Below are positions 8,586 through 20,260 of a DNA stretch of 64,000 nt, in pieces; the first letter of the stretch is position 1, and each line of letters starts with the position of its first letter. Made by a program: the position numbers and the translations under genes. The notes under the pieces were generated by a model. The model ran no database searches, was not told the origin of the DNA, and saw nothing but the letters and a program-made list of their open reading frames with translations. The stretch is from Gordius albopunctatus (Eukaryota): positions 17,484,001-17,548,000 of the forward strand of contig OZ193909.1 in assembly GCA_964276515.1 (NCBI GenBank), written 5' to 3'.

Positions 8586-9217
8586 TGGACGGCGGTCTAA
8601 GGCGAAAAAAAATTAAGTATAAAAGAAAGATGCAAATTTATTTACAACGATAAAGACAGATTAATATTCGCGAAGATTAAATTACACAATTCAATAATAT
8701 TATAGTAAAAGAGCGAAGGCGTAGGGATTGGAAACAATTATAAGGTTTTTGGGGACAATACAAAGTTAGGGGAAAACTTCGAAGGACTGGGGAAAAATTT
8801 ACGAGGACTTTTTTAGTGAAGTGAGATTTTCGCTTTTATAGCTGTTGGATCTCCCCAGGGTGGTCGGCTTGATTGAATTAGCAAATCTTCAGACGGGGCT
8901 GCAAAGATTAGTAACAGATGTGGCTGAGTTAAAAATAAAAAGTAAAAGTAATTAAAAAAAGAGAGCGTCAAAGAGAATTAGCCACTTCCGCGTCTGGGTT
9001 TACCTGCGGTAAAAGTGTCTTCTTTTGACCAATTCCTTTTTTTTAATTACAAGGATTGCGGAACCGTTCGTTAACCCTTTTACATTAACATTAATAAAAT
9101 AATTTTAATTAAGATCAAAGTATACCGCGAACATTAAATAACACGCTTATACCGCGGACATTAAATAAAACGCTGTATACTATAACATCTGGTATCGTGG
9201 TATACACGTATACCACA
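8586..9217 (-). repeat. 5' LTR, 632 bp, TG...CA
   Basis: Begins TGTGG (9217), ends GTCCA (8586); TATAAAA at 8840-8834; AATAAA at 8642-8637. Confidence 0.92.
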
Positions 9218-9385
9218 ATCAGCTTAGAAACTTTAGGTATATCATTGGCCGCCAACCAAGCTTTATTGCAATAGGGTCTCATTGTTATCATGTTTTGCTG
9301 ATATATTGTGTAGTTTAAGTCAATAGGTACCATTATAGACGTAGCCCGATCCTCTACCCTCAATTTGCCCTCCGTTAATTTTTAC

Positions 9386-9515
9386 TAGTGCTGTAAATGA
9401 ACGCGTTCAAATTTTATGAACGCGTTCATGAACGGCGTTCTTTTATTTTTTGGTGAACTTTGAACGTGAACGCGTTCTTTTTTTTGATGAACGCGTTCGA
9501 ATTTAACGTTCATTC
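9386..9515. mobile_element. MITE end with repeated GAACGCGTTC palindromes (hAT-like)
   Basis: TAGTGCTG start followed by several TGAACGCGTTC units. Confidence 0.5.
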
Positions 9516-9744
9516 AATTTTAAAAACCCTTTTTTGTTCTTATTTATTTGAAAATTAATGTCAATCCGAATTTTTTACAAAAAAGTATTATATTTTATAA
9601 GCTGTTTATCCTTTTTCCTATTACCAATTCCGAAATACTTTTAACATACTATAAAGTGCAAAAGAAGATAAGATTAAAGTTAATTAGTTTGATAATTAAT
9701 TATAGTTTAATTTATAGGTTAATATGGACAATCATAATATTATA

Positions 9745-11500
9745 TCGTCGTCATCTTCAGATTCTGAATATTCTTTCTTGCATCTTGACCGGGTGAGTGC
9801 CATGTCTTGACTACTCTTTAGTTTTCATAACTTTATCGCCTTGCCCGTTCCATGTGACACGGGGTCGTCCTCTTCCTCTCTTCTCCGGCACCTCCATGTC
9901 CACTACTTTTCGATTTAGGTCATTCGTGTCCCCCTTAGTATATGTTCATATCACCTTAACTGATTTTCGTCAATCATGTCCGCCATAGGTTGAATATTCA
10001 CTTTTGTCCTGAGAAAGTCATTCGTCATATGGTCGAGCTTAGTTAACCCCAAGCTCCACCGTAAAATTCTCATCTCTGTGGCTTTTATAAGTTTTATTTC
10101 CTGGTGTTTAATGCCGATGCTTATTAATCAATTTTTAATTCCTTAATTAATTTATTATCATAATGTCAAGTTCGACAAAAAATAAGGTTTTTTAAACTAT
10201 TTAATTATTTTAATAATCGACCGTCCAGGTTCAAAATGCTCCATAAAATGACCACTGTCTTACGTTAATTTGTATGAGTCCGGCCCGAGGCGACCGGAGC
10301 AACATCATTAATCTCGGTTATTTCCGAAACATGCGAATATCCCCTAACTTCCTAAGCAAATCCTCCTTTTTTTTAAATATGCCTAGATATACAACATTAA
10401 AAACTGAGATATTATGGGGGGTCGTAAAAAAGCATTGCCCACAAACCTTACTTTGGTCAATAAGCTATCAGTGTACTCAGATAATTCATAAAAACCTAAA
10501 GCAACCGGTATAAGCATGGACGTAGCCAAGCCCCCAAACATTAAGCTCCGTTTTTCTCCCCTGCTTAAATTTCACAGCAAATTAAATGTTTTTCAACGAA
10601 GTGTAGAAGAATTTAGGTTAAAGGCTCAACAAAAAACAACAGGGGGCCCGGGGGCGCTACCTAACACCAAAGAACCGAGGACAATAACCTTGTTAGGAGT
10701 TAGGGGCGGAACCCTTCTTAGAGGTCCGAAGAACTGAGATATATCAACATTTATTGGCACTTTGTTGAAAGTATTTTTATTTTTCTCCTTATTTAACGCG
10801 CAAAAAATGACAAAATTAGATTTTTAAAATTTATTTAGCCACGCAGGAGGTGACACGACCGTCCTATAATAATAATTGACGCGAAAAATAAGCAAAAAAA
10901 TGAAACGGTGTCAAAGTAGCAGAATGATTAAAAAGTAGCAGAAAAGGTCGAAACAATAAACCCAACCCAAACTCTAAAGTACTGCATAATTATAACCCTA
11001 ACCCTAAAGTACTCCATAATTATAGGTTAAAACTTGAATTCTATGCTAAATCCTGACCAATCTTGATCAATTCTGACCAATTTGGCTGCTTTTTTTCTGC
11101 TACTTTGACCGGGTGCCAAAAAAATGACTTTGATTTAATGTTTCAAATCGTAAAAAGTTTCCATTTTCCGCAGCACATGCTTATATTTATCAGACTACAC
11201 TACCTACACGCATGGCGGTCTAGAAAATACTATAAGTGAAGTGATACACTTTTACTAAAGAACTGTATATTCAAATTTTCAAAGAACACGATAGATACGC
11301 ATTACGTCATGAGGTTGGGTTTGATTGACATTTTATTAAGTGACAAAACGTATAAAACTAAATAACTTGACCGTCTTATGACTTAGAGATTTCGAAAATA
11401 GTTAAAAACCTAGGCTCAGACCTACCAAATATTCGCAGAATTTTCCATTTCGGAGGAGTTGAGGACACCACACGTGACACGAGAATTATATATATATAGA
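9745..11500 (-). mobile_element. Composite repeat: RTE LINE 3' fragment joined to a Helitron-like non-autonomous element
   Basis: Collinear with 56045-57605; minus-strand 5' end TCTATATATATAATTCTCG; RTE-like EVPEKRGRGRPRVTW segment. Confidence 0.65.
10902..11117. mobile_element. Small TIR MITE nested in the composite repeat
   Basis: GTCAAAGTAGCAGAA ... TTCTGCTACTTTGAC inverted ends; flanked by duplicated AAAAAAAT; absent from the 57.2-kb copy. Confidence 0.6.
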
Positions 11501-12014
11501 ATATACACCAGTAGGCAGGATTGCCTAATGGAGGATGGGGGAATTAAATTTGCGTCTAAAGAATTTGGCTGAACAAATAGGAATCATGTTAATGATTGAT
11601 AAAAATGGAGAACAAATTAATGTGCACAGTAATGAATTAAATTTTCGCACAGTAGAAAATTCAAATGAACAGTAAAATAATAAAATGCTCAGTATAATAA
11701 TCAAATGCACAGTAAAATAATTAAATGCTCCGTAAAAAAATAATATTCAGTAAAATAATTTTTTGTACAGTATTAAATTCATTTGTTCAGTTATTTATTA
11801 CGATGTTGTTGATTTTTTTATTTTATTTTTTTATTAAATGAAACTATAAACAACTATAAAAATCATATGCGAGGTAAACATTCGAAAATTGCGATAGCGT
11901 TGAAATGACAAATAATGATTTGCACAGTTATTTAAAATTATTTTCATAATAAAATATATAGGCATAAGGGAGTCTCGAACTCGCACACTAAGTTAGACAA
12001 ACCTGCACCGTAGG

Positions 12015-12688
12015 TAGAGCCCTGCAAAATAAATTTTTTTCTGCCCGAGCCCGACGTCTCTATTTTTATTTTGCCCGAGCGCGAACGACTCTTTTATTTT
12101 TGGCCCGACCCGAGCCCGACCCGATTTTTCAAATAGAAAATTTTTAAAAATCTATTTTAAAATTATTTTATACAAAAAAATATAGCATTAAATTGTTATT
12201 AATCGTAATTTACAACTAGAATAAGTTTAAAATAAAATTTTCATTTTCGCTCGCTACAATTTATTGAGCTAATAATTTAAAACTGGCGATCTAACTTTAT
12301 AAAAAAATTTTTATCTAACAGTTCCAAATAAAAAACATTTTAAAAAAGTTCCTTATTTAATTTCTAAAGTAATAGCTACTATGAATTTATTTAAATACTA
12401 GAATAAGATTTGCAATTTAGGTCAAAATATTATAGACACAGGGTGAAAAGGCTGAAGTTTGTAAGCTATATTGTGTATGGTGTACGAAGATAATTATTTA
12501 ATATCGAGTTGAGTTTGTTTAAATCATATTTTATAAAAGATTAGTTTGCTTTAGTCATATCGGGCCGGGCTCGGGCCATCAGGCCCGATCCGAGCCCAAA
12601 GCCCGATTGTTTCTTTAAATTCTGCCCGAGCCTGGCCCGAAACCCGATCGGGTCTGGCCGGGATTCGGGCGGGCCGGGCAGGGCCCTA
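12015..12688. mobile_element. hAT-type MITE with GCCCGA subterminal repeats
   Basis: TIRs TAGAGCCCTGC / GCAGGGCCCTA; 8-bp TSD ACCGTAGG at 12007-12014 and 12689-12696. Confidence 0.88.
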
Positions 12689-13091
12689 ACCGTAGGGCGT
12701 GAATTACCTGTGGTCTCATAAAAAGTTGATTTTTTTGTTAATATATTAATAGCAAAATGCTTTTTTCCTAAAATTATACTTGCCTTTAACTTGAAGAACA
12801 TGGAACTTACATTCTCAGGTTATAAGACTCTTGAAACTTATGAATCTATATAAGATAAAGCTATTGTATACGCATCAACTTTATCTCACACTCATACCGA
12901 AAATACTGACAAGCTTAAAATAAAGAATGAAATTAAAGATGAGATAAAAAAAACTGTTTTTCTGCGGGGAGGGTTTTTAAATCAGAATCATATTAATTTT
13001 ACAATTTATTTAAATACAAACACTTTCACAAAAAATATTTATTATAAACGTCATATCATATAATTTTATAAAATAAATAGTAGGGAAAAAA

Positions 13092-14387
13092 TTATTTGCG
13101 CGATTTAGATAAAAATTCATTGATTATATCTTGAGTGTCTGGAATTAAATCTCTATGAATATTCAACAAGGTCAAACCTATAAGCCTATATAAAATTAAG
13201 AGTTTGTAATAAAATGTATTTACCTCTCTTGCCCAGTTCTATTCCTCAAGTAAGTTTTAAGTCTTCTCAGCGTAGAAAAACTTCTTTCATTAGAACACGT
13301 TGTTACTGGGAGTGTTGCTAAAATCTGGTATAACACTCTTATATTTGGATATAGAAGCAGCTTGGAATTATAATCCCACAATGCTTTTAGTGCATAAAAA
13401 GGCAGGACTTCAGGGTTACAATCTTTAAAAGATTGATACCAGAGTTTAATCTCAGCCTCATAAATTTCTTGATTTCCATTCAAATCATCCCCATAAAAAT
13501 TGGCTAAATTCAAAAAGTTCGCCAGTTTAACTTCAGATAGCTTTACAGGTGGTTGTAGTAGTAAAGAATGAAATCCCATGAGAATTTGTTTATTCTCAAG
13601 AAACCTTGTGTCCATTTCTACCAAAAAAGTGTCTAAGAATGCATTATACAGAGTTATTCTATAATAAGCCTCCGGGGTTTGTTGGGCATTTCCTCTGGGA
13701 ATCGAAATCTCAAAGTCATATTGTTTTCCCATCAATGTGACATCTTTAAAAATCCTGGAAAACTCTACCTGAGAATTATTTCTAATTAATTTAATAGCTT
13801 CCACAACGTTTTCGGCCGCATTTATTGCCTGTGATAAGTCCAGGTTAACGCTTTGCAAATGAATACTAAGATTTAAAGTATAAGCAAAAATTTGCTTTAG
13901 TGTGTGTAATGATAACCAAAAATGGCCAGTTTTAAGTGCTGATACCAATAGCATGGCACCCGAAGAGGAATCATTGTCTGCCCATTCACTAATCTGCTCA
14001 AGGGTTGTGATGATTGAATCTCTTAATTCAAAAAAGCGGTTTATTGCTTGATGCTTTTGAACCCATCTTGTTTCACAGAGAGTTTTTAATTTCAAATTTT
14101 TGGAATCTGAAGACTTTACAATTGAATCAAACTTTATTCAAATTGATAGAGGAATTCATATGAAATGCATACGTTTTATAACCACAAGGAAAATTTAGGA
14201 AAAATATATTAACGCCTAAAAATACTTAATGGTTGTTGAAAATAAGAGCTCTCCATAGTTAATTAAATAGCACTCATTTTATAATATTTACTATATAATG
14301 CTATATTAGAAAATAAAAAATATTTTTTCGAAATCCGCGGGGGGGGGGGTTTGAACCCTAAAACCCCCCCCCTTGCGTACGCCACTG
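13092..14387 (-). pseudogene. Internally deleted hAT transposon (ZMYM1/PRKRIR-like transposase C-terminal half)
   Basis: LCETRW and LPVTTCSNERSFSTLRRLKTYLR; a 38-nt intron (13186-13223) leads to RLIGLTLLNIHRD...SRK*; CAGTGGCGTA terminus at 14387. Confidence 0.85.
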
Positions 14388-14399
14388 AACAATAAATAG

Positions 14400-15560
14400 A
14401 TATTGGTGGCGCAATATGACCAAGGATATCAAAGAGTATATTGTGTCATGCCATGTATGCCAGACCCATATCCCAAGGATTGATAAGGCTGTTCCTGTGC
14501 TTAATAACGTGGCCGTCGTCCCAGCACCATGGAAACAAATAGGGATTGATTTGTGCACGTTGCCCATAACCGAACACGGGCATATTTGTATGTTGGTCGC
14601 CATTGATTAGTCTCACTCGGCCAAGGAGACTTCATACAATTTGTGGGAAATATTTTGCCGATGTGGGCGTCCCAAAGTAAAAACTTAGTTGATTTATTAA
14701 TTTTTTAGATTGTTATAAGTGATCAAGGCCGTGAGTTTGTGAACTCACTGTCAGAAGGCTTGTACGCCCTTACTCGCGTACATCACAGGATCACATCAGC
14801 CTACCATCCACAGGCTAATGGACTGGTGGAAAGGGCCAACCGCACCATCGTTAACTCGTTGGTAAAGGTGTTGGAAAACGAAACCAATAAATGGGACGTT
14901 GAAGAGATGTGGACACTGGGGATTTGGTCCACAGAAGTGGATATCATGTTAGCGGCGACAGTTTTTAATATAAATATATATGTTTATTGTTCTCAATTCG
15001 GCCAATGGGCCCCTTATACACCAAAATTAAACGACAAATTATGTACTAATAATATTTATTTACACCATTCTATTAATCATTTTTAATATATATTGGATTG
15101 TAACGAATAAATTTATTTCCATTTAATGATACAATCTATAAAATTAAACCAAAAATTTAGACAGGTATTTATAGATAAACAGATAAATATTAAAAAAATT
15201 AGAAATATGCACAAAATTTGGCAGAAACTTGAGAAATATTCACAAATTTAGACACAAATTTATAGATAAACAGAGAAATAATAAAAATAAACAATTTAGA
15301 CACATAGAAATATCAATAGACAGATATTTATAGATAAACAGGTAAATATTAAAAAAAAATAGACAGAAACTTGAGAAATATTCACAAATTTAGACAAAAA
15401 TTTATTTAAAAATCAAAAAATTTAGACAGAAATGATAAATATTAAAAAAAAAATAGACAGAAATTCTATATGCAACTGAATTATATGGATGTCATGTAAA
15501 CGTAATTGACGTATGTCAAAATTGCAAAGTGTATCTGTCAATAGAACGATTTCCTTAGTG
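14400..15560 (+). pseudogene. Ginger-like DNA transposon relic: gypsy-type integrase fused to an OTU-like tail
   Basis: WWRNM..CHVC, IGIDL, 32-nt intron 14677-14708, ISDQGREF, AYHPQANGLVER, then WSTEVDIMLAATVFNINIYVY..IYLHH..NHF; minisatellite 15150-15470. Confidence 0.65.
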
Positions 15561-15579
15561 CACAAACACAATCTTACAC

Positions 15580-16170
15580 CGGCCACGAACCCGAATTGCT
15601 ACGCCGATATTTCCACCTCGTTTTTCAGCCTTGTTACTAATATCCTTTCCATAAGCTTAAAGGAGTGGCAAGTTAGCTTGATACCTCTGTAATTGCCGCA
15701 TTCCTGAGGGTCTCCTTTGCCTTTAAATAAGAGTATAACCGTGCTTGCTCTCCATTTATTAGGGATTCTCTCTTCTACCAATATCTTGTTAAGGAATTTC
15801 GTCATGGTGGTGACTCCTTCTTCACGACATCCGAGCAATGCTTCCATAGGTATTCCATCTGGGCCATTTGCTTTTCCTTTTTGCATCTTGTTAATTTGTA
15901 TCCTAACTTCATCTTCCTGCAAGAGTTCGACCATACTTATATTTGGCACAATTTCGGGAAGGGAATCCTTGTCATTTGCAATCTTAAAATATTCTTTCCA
16001 CCTTTCCATCACTTCTTTCGGCTTGAATAAGGTTTGACCCTTCTCGCTTTTGACTATTTTAAGAACTCCGACATCGCGACTTTTCTTCTCCCTTATCTTG
16101 GCCAATTTGTACATAAGCCTATCGCCTCCTTTATGATCCAGTTTGTTTGCCATCTCGGTGTACAATGACC
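15580..16170 (-). mobile_element. RTE-clade LINE reverse transcriptase fragment
   Basis: KANGPDGIPME, LFKGKGDPQECGNYRGIKL. Confidence 0.9.
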
Positions 16171-16339
16171 GCGGCCAGGAAAATTCGAGAATGTGTTCAA
16201 ATATTTTTTAAGTTTGTTTATGCAAGCAATACGGCTCCCTCCTTTATTAGTTACAGTGACATAATTACTTTTTAAAAAGCGCGACCAAGCATCTCACCCC
16301 TCACAGTCAAAGTAAGTAGAATCTCTTAATTATTTCCGA

Positions 16340-17060
16340 AATCGATGTGAAGATAGGATGATATTTATAACTTCCAACTGTCTTCATCGAAGAATTTGAT
16401 CAAAATTTAATTTAGGGGCCACGTGGATTTTAAACTATAAATCAAAATTTTTCAATATTTGTAAACATAATGAGAATAGTAAGAAGATGTAAATTGAGGA
16501 TTTTTTTTATATTTTAAACGTCTCAATATCATAAAAAGAATTTGATAAAATTTAAACTAAACAAAATGTTTCAATAAGTTTAAGCATCACGACAATAAGA
16601 AAATGTAAATTAAGATCTAACAATATTTATAACGCTTCGATGTCTTATTAATAATAATATATCTTGATCAAATTTTTTAATATTTTGACCCGCGTTGATT
16701 TTAAACTAAAAATCAAAATGTTAACAGCATTCAAATAGCCAAAAGATTTAAATTGAGGATCTAATGAAATTTATAACTTTTCGATGTCTTAATAATTACA
16801 TTTGATGACTTTTTTTATGGGCCACATGTATGTTAAACATTAAATCAAAACGTTCCAATAAGTGTAAACACCCATTAAATAGTTATGATGAAAATTCAGG
16901 AATTATAAATATAACTTAGTGTTATAATAACATGAATTTGATTTAAAATTTTAAGCCTCATAATTTTCAAACATGTTTTAATATGTCTAACTCTAAGCAT
17001 CATGACGATAGTAAGAAGGTGCCAATTGAGGATCTAATGATATTTATAACTGCTCAATAA
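16340..17060. repeat. Degenerate tandem repeat (units of roughly 120-140 bp)
   Basis: Recurrent AAGATGTAAATTGAGGAT / AATTTGATCAAA / AATCAAAATGTT blocks. Confidence 0.55.
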
Positions 17061-17788
17061 CAACAATAATCAGAATTTAGAGATGTCCTCAAAGAAAACA
17101 TTGGTAAAATTTCACATGAAAAATAGCGAGAAATTGAGAAATTATAGGAAATAAAGGAAAAATTGGGGAAATAATTAGAGAGATCAATGTAAGGAGACTT
17201 AATTTGAATTAATAATATAAACACAAAAACCAACCCATTTAACATAAAATTTTTACACATTTATTGAGAATTTTACGATAAACGGTAAAATAATTTAATA
17301 CATGCTCCAAAAAATTAATATAATGTATATAATATAATAAAAGGTTAAGAAGCGTAAAAAGCTATTGATTGCCATTGATAAGATGTAATACATAATTGCC
17401 ATAATTTTAAGTATCTCGCCGTTCGCTTATTTGTTTCTAAGTTTATTAAGAAACCGAACGCTGAACATATCCTTTAGGAAGCAGCATTAGAAGGCGGCAG
17501 TGAACAAATTCATTATTGCTAGTGCACAAATCACTTGATTATATCCCTTTCCACCAAATGAGGGGCGTTGTATAATCAACACTGGCCCATATCCCTAGTG
17601 ATGGGAAAACGCTTAGCACTAGCGCGCTTAGCACATCCCCGCTGATGGGAATAGCCTCTTTAATAGGCCATGTCTACTAGCACATAGTCACTTTAAGTGC
17701 TATATGCTATAGGAGATGGGAGGTTTGAGGCGCTAAAGCTATGGGAAATGGGAGGTTTGAGGTGCTATGAGCTATAGGAGATGGGAGG

Positions 17789-19682
17789 CAGAGGCCAGAA
17801 ATGGGCCGGGCCCGGGGGGGGGCACGCTGATAAGATTCGGGCAATTCGGGCATGCCCAAAATTTTATCAAATTAATTTTTCTTGAAAAAAGAAAAATTCG
17901 CTTATAAACAATTTTGGGCTATAATAAATTTGACTAGATTTATTTTCCATCGCTTAAATCTTCATTGTACGTTTATATAATGTCCTAATTTCAATTTATT
18001 CAAAATTAAATTTTATTTCGAATAAATTAGTTTAACTAGTTTGTCTCAGGATCAAAAATTTTTAATTTTTAGATTATATTATAAAAGAATAAAATCACAA
18101 CGGTTTAAACTGCCATGGGCGTAGACAAGGGGGGGGGGGGCAGGAAGGGGCAGCTGCCCCCCTCTAAACTCAAAAATTTGTTAAAATGTATTAAAATTAT
18201 GGCTAAATTTGTAAAAAATGATTATTTTGCCCCTTCCTAAATCATTATTGCCCCCCTCTAATTTTAATGCTGGCTACGCCCCTGTAAACTGCTACTCTAA
18301 TCTAATACTATGGAAGAAACCATTTTACTCTCTGGTAGTAAATTATTTTATTACATTTTTATCGCGTTCAGTTAAATCTTTGCCCTACTCCATTATGGAA
18401 AGGATTGTATTATTTATATTTATGTAGCCAAAGCCATTTCATTGTTCGCAATACGCTACACATGTGTGCCGTCTAGACTTAAAACAAAGGCTCATGCCAT
18501 TTTCTAACAATGCGCATAATTGTAATTCATTTAATTTCTTAACAACTAAAAAAACATGGTGGAAAAATAAAACAAACAAGTCACATTAAAGTTATTAAAA
18601 AAATATAACTATTTTAGGTATCCTAAATTAGCAAGGTTTACAAAAATACTCTTTGCCATCCCGGCGACGAGTGCTGCTAGTGAAAGAAGTTTTTCTATCG
18701 CAGGAAGATTAATAGAGAAAAGACGCACAAGATTATCCCCGGAAATTGTCGACGATTCGTTATTTTTACATAATAATTATGAATAATAAAATATTGTCAT
18801 CTTTGTTTGGATCAATATGCCATTAATTTAATGCTTATTTTGTAATAGTGGCTGAAAGATTTAGGGATTGGATAATTTTGGGTCTACCGGGAAAATTTTA
18901 TTAATCATGCCGGGCAACTCTAATGGTTTGGGCATGGCTGAGCCGACACTTAGAAGGGTTCAGGCGGGAAATTTAATTAAAAATTTTGACCGGGCCGCGT
19001 TCGGGCAGAAAAATTTAAACTACTCCGACCTCTTTTTGGGACCTCATTGTCATATATGACACATATTGATTCTTTGAAGACGAGCAACGAGAGGCGCGGC
19101 ATATGTGGAGTCGTGAAAGACGAGCAACCAGAGGCGCAGGGTAATTACCAGGTGCGGGACGATAGCAAGCGAGAGACAAAAGGAAATCTAAGAAGAGTAA
19201 CGTGAAGGACGCAAAGGAGAATAACAACTGGCGCGGGACACACAAAGAGAGTATTATCAGAGGCAATAACAACTGGTGGAGGGAATAACAACTGGTGCAA
19301 GACCCGAGAAGAAAAGATCAGTATCCGGAAAAAAGGGACATTGGCGAACATACATAAAACGAATCAATAAATTTTTCCTAAAAAATAAATCGTTTTTGGC
19401 ATAATTTTGTACTTGGAATAAAATATTTATCGGACGTACGAATTATTCTCGGACCTAATATTGGACGTACGATTTATTCGTGGACATAATATTCTCGGAC
19501 CTAATATTGGACTTACGAGTTATTTGCGGACATAATACTCATGAATTCGGGACTAACGGGCAAATTTATTATTTCGGGCCGGGCAATTCGGGCGGGCCTC
19601 GGCGGACACTTAGATGGGTTCGGGTGAAAAAATTGAATCGGGCCGGGTTCGGGCAGAAAATTCCCAACAAATCTGACTTCTG
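17789..19682 (+). mobile_element. Non-autonomous hAT element (ZBED-like C-terminal remnant) inserted into an older MITE
   Basis: TIRs CAGAGGCCAGA / TCTGACTTCTG; 8-bp TSD ATGGGAGG (17781-17788, 19683-19690); YPKLA..IPATSAASERSFSIAG..RRTRLSPE at ~18618-18785. Confidence 0.88.
18114..18284. mobile_element. CATGGGCGTA-family hAT MITE (relatives at ~23500-23652, 28377-28480, 35955-36111, 39815-40060, 45466-45908, 53940-54089)
   Basis: TIR CATGGGCGTAG / CTACGCCCCTG; TSD TAAACTGC; other copies show TSDs CTTTGATT (39815-40060) and GGTCAAAC (53940-54089). Confidence 0.88.
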
Positions 19683-20029
19683 ATGGGAGGTTTGAGGCGC
19701 TAAAGCTATAGCACGGCGCTAACATTGATAATAATTTCAATGAAAACAATAGAGTATAATATGAACTTGTGCGTACTCACTCATGTTATTGTATTTTAAT
19801 ATCTAATAAACAATCAAAAAATTTATTCTCAATGTTAGCGCCGTGCTCTAGCGCATTTACGTGCTATCGGTTACAGCTTTAGCGCCTCAAACCTCCCATC
19901 TTCTATAGCTTATAGCACTTAAAGTGACTACTATGTGCTAGTAGATATAGCGGCATATTGTTGCTATATGCTATAGCTTTAGCTCCTTAAAAATGCTATT
20001 TCCCCATCACTACATATCCCAGACTCGGG

Positions 20030-20260
20030 CCTAATTCCATCTCTACCACGAAATTCAGCTTGATTTGCGATAGCCTTTCCGAGGTGGAGTTTTATATTAA
20101 CGCACAGGCGGGAAACACCGCTAATCGCTTTACCTAAATCTGCTAAATTTCTTCCACAAAAACGTGGATCGAGCAAGTAGGTCAAATAATCATGTATTTA
20201 TCTAATAAATTGCTTCAACAAATCGGATAAATATACTCGGTCTCCCTCTAGCTCCACTAT
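20030..20260 (-). pseudogene. Short hAT transposase relic
   Basis: LTYLLDPRFCGRNL resembles the hAT (A)YLLDPRY.G motif. Confidence 0.4.

Larger units (their letters stand above)
3509..9217 (-). mobile_element. Near full-length Ty3/Gypsy (Mag-like) LTR retrotransposon with truncated 3' LTR
   Basis: 5' LTR 8586-9217, PBS 8568-8578, gag-like ORF, PR-RT-RH-IN order, ORF3, PPT 3828-3839, partial 3' LTR 3509-3827. Confidence 0.95.

Noticed and set aside
10955..11040. AACCCTAACCTA-like telomeric repeats
   Set aside because: Only a few degenerate units, inside a MITE
15140..15470. Repeat array resembling CRISPR (also 41480-41610 and 16340-17060)
   Set aside because: Degenerate minisatellites without constant repeats and unique spacers; eukaryotic context and no cas genes
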